Below, in pieces: positions 21,385-34,200 of a stretch of DNA of 64,000 nucleotides; the first letter of the stretch is position 1; each line of letters starts with the position of its first letter. The position numbers and the translations under genes are program-made. Location: positions 1,984,001-2,048,000 of the forward strand of contig NW_027590123.1 in NCBI RefSeq assembly GCF_964213995.1. Direction: 5' to 3'. Source of the DNA: Mustelus asterias. Lineage: Eukaryota. A model generated the notes under the pieces. The model ran no database searches, was not told the origin of the DNA, and saw only the letters and a program-made list of their open reading frames with translations.

Positions 21385-23416
21385 TTAACTAGGTGTGTGG
21401 GGGGGCGCTGGCGCAATTCTCACCAGTCCACCCCCCACCTTTTCGAGCCTGTGGAGGAACCGCAGTACCCAGCGCCGCTCTATTTTCTCCAGGCCCGCGG
21501 AGGCATGCGAGCATGCCTTCACGGACCGGACGAGCTGCGCCAGGTCCGGCCAGTGGCCGAGGGCTAGCCGGATTATGTCGGAGCGACCGGAATGGTTACG
21601 GATAAAGACCCTGAGGTCCTTGGAGGGGATGAGGGACGACTCGGTGGGGGGCACGAGGGAGTCCCCCGCCTCGCTCTGGGCAGACTCTGAAAGTGTCCCC
21701 GTGCCCTCCACCGAGCCGCTGACCTCCTCAGGGCGGTCGCCCCTCGACTCCGAGTCCCCCGCCGCAGGACGTACGGCGGGCGGCACGGAGCCACCAACTA
21801 GCCCTAGCCCCTCCCCGATCCCACCCCCAGGATCGGTGGAGGAGGGGCTCCCCCCGGGCTCACCTTTCCCGGATTGCGGGCCCCCGTGCGACGGCGGCCC
21901 AGCCCCCCCCCCCGCCCCAGACGCTTGGACACCCCCCAGGTCCGGTGTATCCTTCGGACTGAGGTTGGGGATGTCCAGCGTCCAAGGTCGGGACGGAGAG
22001 GACGAGTGGATCGTCTCTTCGCCGCCGCCGCACGAGGACATGAACATTGGAGTGTCGCCCCAGTCCCCCGACAGACTGAAGAAGAACTCCGGGTTGTAAC
22101 CGGCCGGGTGGAACGGAACCGTGGGGGTCCCGCTGCCACCCGGCCCCGGAGACCCCTCGCCGGGGGACTGAGGCAACACATGCTTGGATTTACAGGGTGC
22201 CTTGCCCCCTTTTTTCTGGGGACAAGGCACAAAGACAGGTGGGGGCACGGCAGGAGATGACTCACAAGGGGGGAGGGGCACGCAGACCTCGAACTCTACG
22301 GTGCCCGAGGGGCCCCGCCTCTTTTTGTTAACCTGCCCTCGGGCAGGCGAGGCCCCTCGCCCTCCGCCCCTCTTCGCCTTGCCGCGCCCCCCCTGCTCTC
22401 CCGTCACCTCCCCCCGAGGTGGCGGCGTCGCCAGTTTTGCCGGCTCGGGGTCGCTTACCCCCCCATGCTCGGGCCCATGATCCCGGGCGCCGGACCCAGC
22501 ACTAGGCCCCGGAGAGCCCACGGGCCCGGCAGATGGTGGTGGTGGTGGTGGTGGTGGTGGTGGGGGGGGGGCGCAGGTGGAGACTGAGGTGGTCCCCGAG
22601 CCGGCTGCCGGGGTGGTTGGGGTGTTTTCCCTGGGGGCCGGGGTTCCGGTACCCCCCTTCTTTTTTGTGGGTCCCTTCTGGGCCTTTTGGCCGCGCGGGG
22701 GCTCCGCTCCCCCCCCGCCGGCAGCTGAGGTGGCAGCTGCTGCCGGCGTGGCCTCCCCTCGCGGGGGGGCAAATGGTACTCGCTTGGGGGGAGAGGGGGC
22801 TGCGGTGCCAGCTGCGGCCGCCTTGGGTTGGTGGTCGGCGGCCTTGGAGACGGGGCAGTATTTCCGCACGTGCCCCGCCTCCTTACAGGCATGGCACCGC
22901 ACACCGTCCGCGGACCAAAAGACCCGGTACGTGGTCCCCTCGTGGGGGACATTGAAAACCTCCCTCCAGTTCCTCCTCCCGGGCCAGGCGGACAAAAACC
23001 TGGCGCCGGAAGGAGTATATGTGGCGGAGGGAGGGGTCCCGAAGGCCAAGCGGGATCGGCTGCACCCCGGACCTGACCTCCCCCAGTATATGGAGGTGGG
23101 GGAGGAGGAGCTCACTCGGTAGGAAGGGCGGGACGTTCGATAATACGATCTTATGGGCGGTGGCCTCCAAAGGGTCCACCGCCAGGAACGTCCCGCCCAC
23201 CGTGAGCCCCTTTTCCAGGGCGAGGCGAACCGCCCGCTTGGCCTTCAGGAAAAATACGGCCCGGCCGTACATCTTTGAGGCCGCGACAATGGCTGAGGGG
23301 CCGACAACCCCAGCCATTGCCTTGACGCAGGCCTCGATAGACATGTCGGGGTGGGTGTAGCACTTCACCCCGAGCTGCCGCGTGATTAAGGAAAATGGCG
23401 GCAGGGCCTTGGGAGC
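21385..23416 (-). pseudogene. Tx1 copy 2 ORF1, lacking its start and frameshifted
   Basis: AAAA at 22955-22958 vs AAA in copy 1; the N-terminal codons are missing. Confidence 0.85.
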
Positions 23417-25002
23417 TGTGGTACCGGCTGGTCCCTTTGACCCCTCCCCCTGGCTTTGTCACCGATATCCAGAGAACCCTCGTGCGGTTCTTCTGGGGCA
23501 ATCGACTGCACTGGGTCCCTGCTGCGGTCCTGTATCTCCCGCTTGAGGAGGGCGGACAAGGTCTGGTGTGCCTCCGCACTCAGATAGCGACCTTCCGCCT
23601 CCAGGCCCTGCAGAGGTACCTTTACGTTGAGCCCCCTCCACAGTGGTGTGCCATGGGACGTATTTCTTCCGCCAGTGGCACGGCCTCAATTATGACGTGC
23701 AGCTCCTGCATATCGAACTGGGGCGTGCTTCGACCGCCCTGCAGGAGTTGCCCGTCTTTTACTAGGACCTCCTCACTGTCTGGAACAAGGTCGCCTCGCG
23801 ACGCAGCTCTCCCCCGTCAGGAGTAGCGGCTCTCGTGCGAGAGCCGCTGCTCAGGAATCCGCTCCTCCAGCCGTATAACTTCAGGTGGCTGGCGGAGAGG
23901 GGGGCTGTGGACGCCGGGGTGACCAGAATCGGGGATGTGCTCGATGGCGGAGGAGCGGGCTGGATGAGACCCCGCGTGCTGGCTGAGCGCGCGGGGACGT
24001 CCGTCCGGCGCGCGGCCAAAGCCATCCTAGACCTTAGGACGGTCGTGCTCGGCCCCGAAACTGCACGCAAACTTGAGACGGCGCAGGCGTGCGGTGGGAT
24101 CCCGCCCGAGCGTTCCCCTGTTCGGGCGGAATTCCACATTGGCCCAAAGCCTCAGCCCCCTCCCCTGGGTGAGGTGCCCCACAGCCTGAGCCGCCTCGCG
24201 GAAATGCCCTCCGTGCCTTTTTCTACCGCGCGGAGGCGTTTCCTGTGCGGGCTGCTGCTGCACACCTTCCACTACCGCCTCCTCGCCTGTCGCCCGGATA
24301 CACCTTGGCGGGCCTTGTTGCCGCCGGGCGGCGGAGGTCCCCGCTGGAGGTCCCTCTACGGAGGGATCTCCCCCAATTACGTCGGGGACCTGGGGTGGAG
24401 GGTGTTGCATGCAGCAGTTCCGCACAACCGTAGGATTCACTGGTTCACGGGCTCCGAAGACTGCCCTTTCTGCGGCCTTGTGGAGTCCGTGGACCATGTC
24501 TATGTTGAGTGTCTTAGGCTGCACTCCCTTTATGTTTTCCTGAAGAACCTTTTATTGATGTTTTGTTTGCACTTCAGTCCCACGCTCCTGATCTACGGAC
24601 ACCCGGTGCGGAGAGGGGAGGGTCGGGATGGCGACCTCCTCGTGAACCTGCTCCTGGGCCTGGCGAAACGCGCCATTTACCGGTCCAAGCAGCGGGCGAT
24701 CGAGGGGGCCGTCCATCCTGACTGTCTTCCCCTCTACCGCGGCTACGTTCGCGGCCAGGTGTCCCTGGAGAGGGAGCATGCGGTGTCCACGGGCGCGGTT
24801 GATGCTTTCCGCGCCCGCTGGGCACCCCAGGGGTTGGGGTGCATTATTGACCCAAATAATCACATTTTAATTTGATGTTTTTAAGTTTCCTTTGTATTTT
24901 GATTTCTGTTCGGGCTGTTCCCCCTCCTCTTTGGGGAGCTGCCCCTTTTACTTTGTCCTGATTTAATCTGAGTTTGTTTATTTGGTTTGACCTAAAAAGA
25001 GG
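23415..25002 (+). mobile_element. Tx1 copy 3, inverted 3' fragment (1.6 kb)
   Basis: ORF2 C-terminus (LWYRLVPL...NNHILI) with a 1-bp deletion near 23656 and a stop near 23763; same 3' UTR ending cctaaaaagagg. Confidence 0.92.
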
Positions 25003-25319
25003 GCAATGGTCCCACAAAAATGCTCACGTATATCTTTCAATTTCAAAAATCCACCAACCTCATCCCCGTGGTTCCGGTGAAACATACAAGACAACACAAA
25101 ATAGAAACACAAAGCAACTTACACACATTTCGCTTAAACTCCTTACGTTCCAATTCAGAATTTTGCAATGTAAAAATGCCATTCTGGTCAATGTTTAAAT
25201 TTGTCCTGATTATACTGATCATTGCCGACTTGTTGTTTCTTTTACGTTGTTATAAAGCCATATTAAAAACTGTAGATGATGGAAATTCTCAGCAAGTTTG
25301 GCAGCATCTGTGGTCATAT

Positions 25320-25950
25320 CACTGTGCTGTATCTCTGTGTACCACTATGTCTGTGTGCATGTGTATGCCTGTGTGTGTGTGTGTGGGTGGCTGTGTGTGT
25401 GCGTTTGTGCCTGCGTGTGTGCCTGTTCCCGTATCTGTGTGTGTAATGTATCTGTGACTGTGCCTCTGTGTCAGCGTGCGTGTGCCGCTTTATCAGTGTC
25501 TGTATCCCTGCATCTGTTCGTGTCCCTGCACCTGTGTGTGTCCCTGTATCTGTGTGTGTGTCTGTATCAGTGCCTGTGCTCCTATATCTATGCGTGTGTG
25601 CCCCATATGTGTGTCTGTGCCCCTATATCTGCGCGTATATCTGTGTACCCTGCATCTGAGTGTGCCCCTGTATCTGTGTGTGTGTCCCTCTATCGGTGAG
25701 GTTTTCAGTTTCTCACTGTCTGCATCCCTGTGTGTGAGTCTATGCTTCTGTTTCGTTAATGGCGTGTGTGCGTGTGTGTGTGTGTATAGATGTGTGTGTA
25801 GGTGTGTGCGTGGATGCATGTGTGCGTGGTTTATGAGATGTGTATGAGAGAGTGTGTATGACAGCATGTGCATGTGAGAGAGTGTTTGAATATGACAGCG
25901 TGCGCTTGTGAGGACATGCTTGTGCTTGAGTGAGTGTCAATGTCTCTGTG
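25320..25950. repeat. TG-rich degenerate microsatellite
   Basis: Interrupted (TG)n and tgtatctgtg-type units. Confidence 0.85.
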
Positions 25951-26289
25951 AGATTGAGTTGGTTTAACAGAAACAAATTTCACCTTTGAATCAGAATCAC
26001 TTCAACCAACCTGTCCATCCTGGAAGTTCACAGTTCCAGAAACAATTGTAATATCATTTAGCCTCTGTGTTGACCTGTGTTAGCGAATGGCCCACCTGTT
26101 TCACAAGAGGCAACACCAAACCCTCCCGTTAAAGGAGCTCAAAAAACTTTGGGATTTAAAATACTCATAAAGACTCTGAGAACAGAATGGATTACCTTAG
26201 GATAAGAATGCCAGACTGCCTTATATATATTTTACAGATGTGCTCTCAGCATAGAAAGATATATAACGACAGTTAGAAAATTTAAACAT

Positions 26290-26364
26290 TAGCCAAGATG
26301 TATACATGTTCAATAATACACTATTTTTGAAAGTGTATTATTGAACATGTATACATCTTGGCTA
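26290..26364. repeat. Perfect 33-bp inverted repeat with 9-nt loop
   Basis: tagccaagatgtatacatgttcaataatacact / agtgtattattgaacatgtatacatcttggcta. Confidence 0.95.
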
Positions 26365-27759
26365 CTCCCACAGGGGTCTAACGTTTCATGGACAGTAGGC
26401 CAGTAAAGTCAACCACCGTCGTTATAACAATACACACATCAAAGCATAGCTCTTGTCAGCATGGGTACCAGACAGCTCAGTGAAAGAGACATTGAGCAAG
26501 GACAAACTAGTGGTTCCAGACAGCTTAAAAAATAGGCCAGATAAAAGCCAAGACAGGTGGCCGTAGGAATATCAGGCAAAAACCGCGAGAACTTATTGTA
26601 TCCATGCTGTCAGAGAATATCTGCAATTGGCCAAGGTACATTACATTTACTAATAATGATTGACCTGTTCGAAAGATGATTCGCTCATGATGAATCAGGA
26701 GGCGCGTAAAATTACTTTTGAAATTTGTATAATTGAATTGCCACTTCAGAGAAGAGTTGGACTGCACAGCCCTTCTCTCCTGGCATGTGTTCGTGAATAG
26801 AGAATAGTCTTTCACCAGGAAAGTGCGTGAGTCTTTGTATTAGCAAAGGTTCAGCTCCGTGCATAGCCTCTAAAAAAAACCCTATACCTCCCCTGATGTG
26901 TGAAACTTGTTGAGGTCATGGAATAATGACTCTACGACTCTATAAATGGTAGGTCAAATTGGGGCAAGAATAGAAGTTTAGCATTTAGATTCCAACTCAA
27001 GTGTTTATCCTGTATCACGATATGGCCATAGTTTGTTTAACTCTTTCTTTCTGAAAGAGCACGGACAGAATGTGAATAACGGATATGTGTGTGTGTGTAT
27101 ATATATATCTTAATATATACACACATATACAAAAAATATATATATAAATGAATCTGTCCTTAAAATGATTGCGTCTTCAATTTTCGAAGAATAATTCTGA
27201 GAAATTTGCGCAATTATAATGGAATCATTAAAATGTATGTTTTAGTGTAACAAATAGGCTTACATTAACACTGCAATGAAGTTATTGTGAAAACCTTTTT
27301 AGCAGGACCTGTGTGTGTGTGTGTGCGCGCACACCCCTGCAACTGTCTGTCTCTGTGTGTATGCCCATGTATCTCTGTGCATGTGTGTGTGCCCATATAC
27401 TTGTGTGTGCCCCTAAATTTCTATGTGTGTGTGTGTGTGTGCCCCTATTAATATCTCTGTATTTTGGGTGTTCCGCTAAGCTGAAACATTGACAATGTCT
27501 GGCAGAGGAATTACAGAGGGCAGCAAAGTTTACTTACTCCCATTCTGAGTGTGATTTATATTTGATAACTGTTTCAAATGTATACATCGCAGCCTGAAAT
27601 AATTCCACCTTCTATCTCAAGGCAATATCTTCCAATGGGTCATGAGGAACAGAGTACATGTACAGTGTCTGCTTATAAAAAGGGCGAATACGCCCTCCGA
27701 GCTCCTGCTGTAAACTTCAATCCCAGAAAATATTGTTCAATCTTCACATTTCAGGAACC

Positions 27760-28283
27760 GGTCCTCTACTTTCTCAGGAGGCTAAGGAAATGTGTCGTGT
27801 CAGCTATGACTCTAAACAACTTTTGCACATGCAACATAGAAAGCATTATTTCTGAATGTATCACAGCTATGTACGGCTCCTACTCTCTCCAAGCCTGCAG
27901 GAAACTATAAAGTGTCCATGACGCCAAACTAGCCTGTCATCCGTTGGGACTGTCTACTCTTCTCGCTGTCGCGGAAAAGCAGCCAGCATAATTAAGGGCC
28001 ACACACATCCCGACATTCTCTCTTCCACCTTCTGTTGGGAAAAAGATACAAAAGCCTGAGGCCACGTACTAACAGACTTAAGAACAGCTTCTTCCATGTT
28101 GCCATCAGAGTGTTGAATGGACCAAAGTTGATCTTTCTCTCCATCCTACCTATGACCGTAGCCATACATGCTGTACTTTCTCCTTTCCTTCTTTAAGTAC
28201 AATATGTTTATTCGGATAGCATGCAAGAAACAACACTTTTCACTGTATGTTAATACATGTGACAATGATAAATCAAATCAAAA
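27760..28283 (+). mobile_element. Rex1/Babar-like LINE 3' fragment
   Basis: YFLRRLRK...IESI...CITA.YG motif and (aaatc)n tail. Related 3' pieces lie at 43045-43398 (+) and 37170-37335 (-). Confidence 0.6.
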
Positions 28284-29588
28284 ATGCAGTCTCGAGTTAC
28301 TGAACTTTTCTGAGACTCACAAAGACCAGCGTCTGCAGCAGTTGTGGGTTGTCAGCAGATGGTGGCATTGTATCATTTGTAAGCTCAAGATAAATAAACA
28401 GTTTTGAGGTGATTTTCAATATAAATTTAATACCTTGCTTCCCCAAAAAGGAAACAATTAGCAAAGCAACGGCATCCGCATCCCTCTCAATAATATCCAC
28501 AAGGAAATCTGGCCCAAGGATAGGGAATTTAATACTTGATTTATATTCATCCACTCGCGAATAAATGTGTCTCTTAACTGCTAATTATTTCTTTACATTC
28601 ACTTTAATTTTTTTTGAAGAGCTGGCTGCTTTTTAAATCCAGATTTTATTAAGTATTATTTCATTATAATTGGACACAAATCTAATTTTCTCTGAATTTT
28701 CCATTATTGAGTTCTCATGTGTTCCAGAGACCCTTCACAACCCTGCCTGTACTCTGTTCCATCTATATTAAAATGTGTTTGCTTATTTGAAGATTACACT
28801 CCGGCACATTTGAGGCCTTACGTCACTCTGACCTATAACACACACTGCAAAATTCATGGGCGCATTGGAATGATTTGCTGTGCAGTTATTTGAGTTCTCA
28901 GTGAATTGAATCAAGTGCGCTGTCGAATGCTGGCACTGGATTTTATTAAATGTCGTCGCAGCTGCAACATGACTCTGATTTCAACTGTATGGATGTTTCG
29001 GGCTAATATTTTATGGACATTGTCGTCTCAGCACACGACAAATGACTCGCAACGCCCACCACCCCCCCCCCCCCTTCACTTCCTCTTCCCCAATACCAGC
29101 CTTCATTAATCTCACATCCACTTCTTCAATTCACCATCACGAGATACAATAGTGAATATTTCCCGAACGGGGTTGGGGGTGGCGGCGGGGCGGGGGGGGG
29201 GGGGGGGCGTGCGCAGGGGGACGTGTGATGTGAGAGATCGGGTGGTGGGGCCGGTACCGTGAGGTTGGTAGGGGTGGTGCTGGCAGATATTTTCGTTGTG
29301 GGATGAGTGTTGATGTAAAATGCTAAGGTCAGTAACCTCCTCCCGAATTTGACAGGCGAATATTTTATTCTGGAACTCAATGTGTCCAGCCCATGTTAAA
29401 TCGCTGATTTTAACTGATTCAAATCCAGACAGCTTTGGATCTGAAGTCGTTTCCTTTTGAATTTCTACAATTGTTGTTCATGGATTTATCGGGATGAATA
29501 AAGCAAAATCGACATCACTGTGTTTCTAATTGCGATGAGTTTCTGTGCAAAACATCAGATAAATACGTTGTGGTGATAGAATAGCTTA

Positions 29589-30490
29589 TTACTGTTTAAT
29601 GAATTTCAAAATTCCAGTTACTGGAAACATCACCACATTTTTCAGATCCTCTCTGAACTGTGTCTGTGTCACTGCATAGATGCATGTGTTGGTGCAGCAA
29701 CTCAGGAGTTGGAGCATAAATCCTAATTCCTGAAGAAAATGTGGTAAACGCGACAGAACTAATTTAAACATGTACAGTCGTTCATAAAAACAATAGAAGA
29801 GGAACACCGACCATAACAGGAGAAAATTTCCCGATATTGCAAACAGTATGATGATAGATTTTCTTCTTTTCTCTATCTCTGGGTCACTTGGACTTTCCCC
29901 ATTCTTGTGGGTCCGAAGTCTCCTGCGGACTTTACTCAACACTACAATGTATTTAACGGTTAAAACGTTGAACAGCACAACCAACAAAAAAGGAATAGTC
30001 GGGGTTAAAATATAGTGGAGACTTTCAGCTGCTGCCCATGCTGGTGAGGAGGCGACATCAAAATCTACAGAACAGAAATAGGGAGTATTGGAAAGCCAAT
30101 AGCTATTCTCACACATAAAGTACCAGAAAGTGTTTTTTACAGTGAATAGCACACTCACTGTTCCTAGAACCACAGTTGCCGTTTCCTCAGTGCAGTATTT
30201 TATTTTCAGCTTCTGACAAGTAATGGCCACGAATCGATCAAAGGTAAAAGTGACAGTGAACCAGACAGAACAGTCAGTGACTGCGTAAAGCAGGACGGCA
30301 TGGATATTGCACACTTCAATGTGATACATGAAGACAAATTGAGCTCTGAAACTGATGGGAATTTGCCTCAATAGGAGGTCGATGATGACGACGAGTAGAT
30401 CCGCCACTGACATGGAAATTAGGTAACGTGAGACACATTTGGAAAGTCCACACCTTCCTCGAGACAGGATAAGAATCGTCAATAAGTTCA
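29589..30490 (-). CDS. GPR139/GPR142-like class A GPCR, coding exon 2
   Basis: ttccctgcag acceptor, then (V)NLLTILILSRGRCGLSKC, ADLL, TFDRFVAI, LLSCCTNTCIY; open to the stop. Spliced product is 332 aa. Confidence 0.88.
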
Positions 30491-31169
30491 CTGCAGGGAA
30501 GAGAGAGACAATTAACTCATATTTCAGACTGAGAACAGGAGCAGTAATCTGGCAGGTTCCTGGAGAACAGCTACAGGATTTTGTTTTACAGAGTCCAGCC
30601 TCAGAAAAACATGGATTCACCTGTTCTGCTGAGACTGGGTTCACAGTAAGAAAGCATCGCACTGAGGTATCAAGAAACTAAATTTACCAACAGAGCAGAT
30701 CTCCAATTCCCTGCCTTCTCTTTATTTGTATTTGGGAGACACAATGGTGCCAATGGGTTTGGACGAAAAGTTCCTGGTCTGGGTCATTCTGCTGTGACTG
30801 TGCTGCAGACTGTGCATCTGAAGATATTGCATAAGTTGATTTGGAATTGGTTGTAAATCACAAAACTGGAAATTATATATTTTATTTTACTGAGGCAGGA
30901 CCCTGTAGATATTAAGGCAGGAATAGTGGAAGTGGCCGGTGAAGGTGTGGTGGGAGTGGGGGGAGTGAGGAGAGGGGGTTGGTAGTGGGGAGGGGGGAGA
31001 TTGGGAAATAGAGAGCAACCACCAGGCAAGAGTAGGGAAAATGTCTGCTGGGAAGATAGAGAAATTTTCCAATTGCATTAGCACATATGCAACATGAAGT
31101 TTGCACATTATAAAATTATTAACTGGGTCTCATGGACAAGTGCAATCAACAGAGTGAAATTTAACTCAC

Positions 31170-31266
31170 CAGCTACACCAACTGCAGCGAGGAGTGGGTA
31201 GTAAATCCTTTGGATATCGTGAAGTACCCAAGCAACACGAAGCTCAAGTGGAATAATCCAGAACAT
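31170..31266 (-). CDS. GPR139-like GPCR, coding exon 1
   Basis: ATG, MFWIIPLELRVAWVLHDIQRIYYPLLAAVGVA, then G|GTGAGT donor. Phase 1 joins exon 2 in frame. Confidence 0.82.
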
Positions 31267-34200
31267 GGTTTAGTGACTCTGAGATTCAATGATCACTGGT
31301 TGTACTGGAGACCACTCTCACTTTTAACACTGATGCGCACAATGAAAACATTCTATATTTACCAAGTGAGGAAAGTCCCTGGTGAAACAATTAAATGATG
31401 TGCGGAATGACATTAATCACGATCAATGAACAAACATGATTACTTCGGCTTTTATTGCAAAATATATGTTTATTGAAAGTCTTTTGCACTCATAGTACAG
31501 GAACTGACTGAAGGCAAACAGATTTGTCCAGCAGTTTGGTGAAAAAAGATGAATATTGATTAACACTATGTACTGAACTGAAGTGAATTAAAGGAGTTAC
31601 GAATATTTCTATCACATAATGTCAGCCTACAATTTCAGAATTTGAATGAAATTGTAATCATGAAATTAGTGCAGATTCGGGATTCTTCTGTTCATGCAAG
31701 AGAGGTGTCAGAAGCAGGATGATTGGAAACATTGCACTGCTGCTATTCAGCAAGAAACAGTTTAAAATCAATAAGACAGACATTTACCCTCAAGTTGTTC
31801 ACAGATAATATTTTATGGAGATTACTCCGAGAGTGGGGTAAATCACGTGTCCAAACTACTTTCGGAAACACATGTAAAATTTCTGGTATCTTTGGAGATA
31901 AGTGAGGATGTGCCCTGTATTATTCATTCAAACTTTCATCTTCTTCCTTATGCCATGTTCCCTGCAGTCTGTGTGGAAGCTATTCCTTCGATCTTCAACA
32001 GTTGCATTCTCGAAAAGTCTTGGAATTTCAACTAACTTATCCTGGTAATATTCAAAGCCTTCGATTACTTTTGATTGGTAGATTGAAAAAGAAAGTATCA
32101 GTCCAGAGTTTTTGTAAAACTGGCAATAAAATATTATTTAATCTGAAATATACCCGATATAATTTTATAAGTACCCTCTGGTGAAAAATAGAACAGTAGA
32201 AAATCGATGGTGCGAACAGTGGTCATTCAGCTGATCGTGTGGCGCTGGACACAACTGTGACAAATGGAGCTAGTAGCTCCTTTTAATACCACACTCTAAC
32301 AAGTGACCCGAGGCTTTGACGGTTGCAGCACTGTGGATGGAGAACCCATATTAGAAATAATGTGTATACTCCTGCCTCTCGTTATTTTATGGGAAATATA
32401 ATTGCAGTCGAGGCGGTCCAGTTCAGATTTTCCAGATGATTAACAGGAATCGGTGGGTTTCCTTTTGGAGATGATTGGCTAGGTTCTCCCTGCACAACCA
32501 CTAAACCTCCTCACGCCTGGACTAGTGCTGTATGTACATTCAGCATCAGCAATTGAGCTCCAACTTCTATCAGTCACCTCTCCCCACTCCAACTCTGTAG
32601 AGAACTACAGAACCTTTGCCTCTCTTAATAAACCGCCCCACATCAACATCGTCCTCATACTCCTATCTTCTCCGCCTCTCTCTCATTCTGTTTTTCATCG
32701 GCCAGATTGTGGAGAGCCAAAGGGAGAGAGAAAAATCCACATTCAGTCCTTCAATAAATTGCAATCAAAACGTTTCCTGCACATTCCACTCGTCCCATCA
32801 GTTGACTGTGAAGTCTAAAACTGCCAGCGTTGTCAGAGAATACAGATTGAAAGATGACCACTTTCATTTGGCGAGTGGTTAACACTGAGGTTGAGTCTCT
32901 TTGACGACAAGAGGATATGGATGGAATGTTCAAATGGGCCGGTAAGTTGCAGATGGAATTTAACCCTGAAAAGAGTGTGGTGATAAAATTTAGAAGGAGT
33001 AATTTGACAACGAAGTATTCAACGAATGGCATGAAACTAGGAGGTTCTGTAGAACAAAGGGGGCTTGTCGTGTTCCCCATGTTGAAATTCATGAAATGCT
33101 GAGTAAATTGTGTTATAATTCTCTGGAGTCAGACGAAAGACATGAGATTGTTTCCGCTAGTCAGGGAATCTAGAAAAAGGTGCACAGTCTCAGGATGTGG
33201 GGCTGATCATTTAGAACTGGGTAAGATGATATATCAAAGAGTTGGTTCAAAATTGATGGGCCGCATGTCCTGATTCTTCACTGCAGGGACGCTGTGATAG
33301 GATTAGATTTAGCAATGTCGAATTCAAATAAAATTAGACAAGTTATATCAGCCCTGCACATACTATCAAACCTAATGCCATTCTCAGTAACTGATCGAAA
33401 TTGATGCAGTCGTTCTAGATATAGAATTGTAACCCACCATCGCACCAAGTAAACCAATGTCCTTTTAAATGTTGATCAGTGAACTTTTAGTCAGCTTCCG
33501 CTATGGAACATACGGGAACTGAGTCAAAAATGTCTCCACTCAAAAAGAAACAGAAAGTGTCAGTTCCTCTTACAACTTCAAAACTTTTGTTATGTTTTGT
33601 ACCATTTACCGTGAAGATTTATACAGTAAGTGAACAGAGGTTTTGATGCTAAAAATGTGTTCACACCCTCCGGGTACATAACCACAGTGACGCACGCAGG
33701 AGCAAACGTAAATATAGACAGTGAGCGTGACAGGCGCTTGAGGAACGACAAAGGCGGAGGCTTGACGCTCAGTTGTCGAGCATTTGACTGCATATCTAGA
33801 GGTTCCTTGTTCAATTCGTGATGTCCTCTTCAGTATTTAACTCGATTTCTTTTTTCAATTATGACAGTCCTTCAGTGGTTGGAAAGTTCTTTGTGACGTC
33901 CGCTGGTAGGAAGAGGCTCTATATAAATGCAAGTCTCTCTGTCTTTAATGATCTTCAATCCCAGTCCTCTGTTTCCGGACTCAAGTCAATGGAAGTAGTT
34001 TGTCCGTATCTGCTCTATCAAACGGCCCTTTTTCCCATTTTTGGCAGAAGGATTTAACCACTGCATCAAAACAACACTGTGGAGGTAAAGTAGTCCAAGG
34101 AACTTGTTTAGATTTGTCAACTATATCATCATGTGGTCTTCCTATATCAGGTTTGGTGCAAATAGAACTGGCGTCAAATTTGCAGAGAAAACGCTTCCAG

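Larger units (their letters stand above)
17335..23416 (-). mobile_element. Tx1 copy 2, 5'-truncated within early ORF1, head-to-tail with copy 1
   Basis: Near-identical to copy 1 at an offset of about 7350 bp; homology ends at ...ccttgggagc (23416). Confidence 0.92.

Noticed and set aside
10125-24863. Many overlapping antisense and alternate-frame ORFs in the Tx1 copies
   Set aside because: Expected in very GC-rich sequence; no recognisable domains.
30491-30662. N-terminal extension of the GPCR ORF in the track
   Set aside because: Intronic read-through; a proper acceptor at 30490 and a real exon 1 at 31170-31266 exist.
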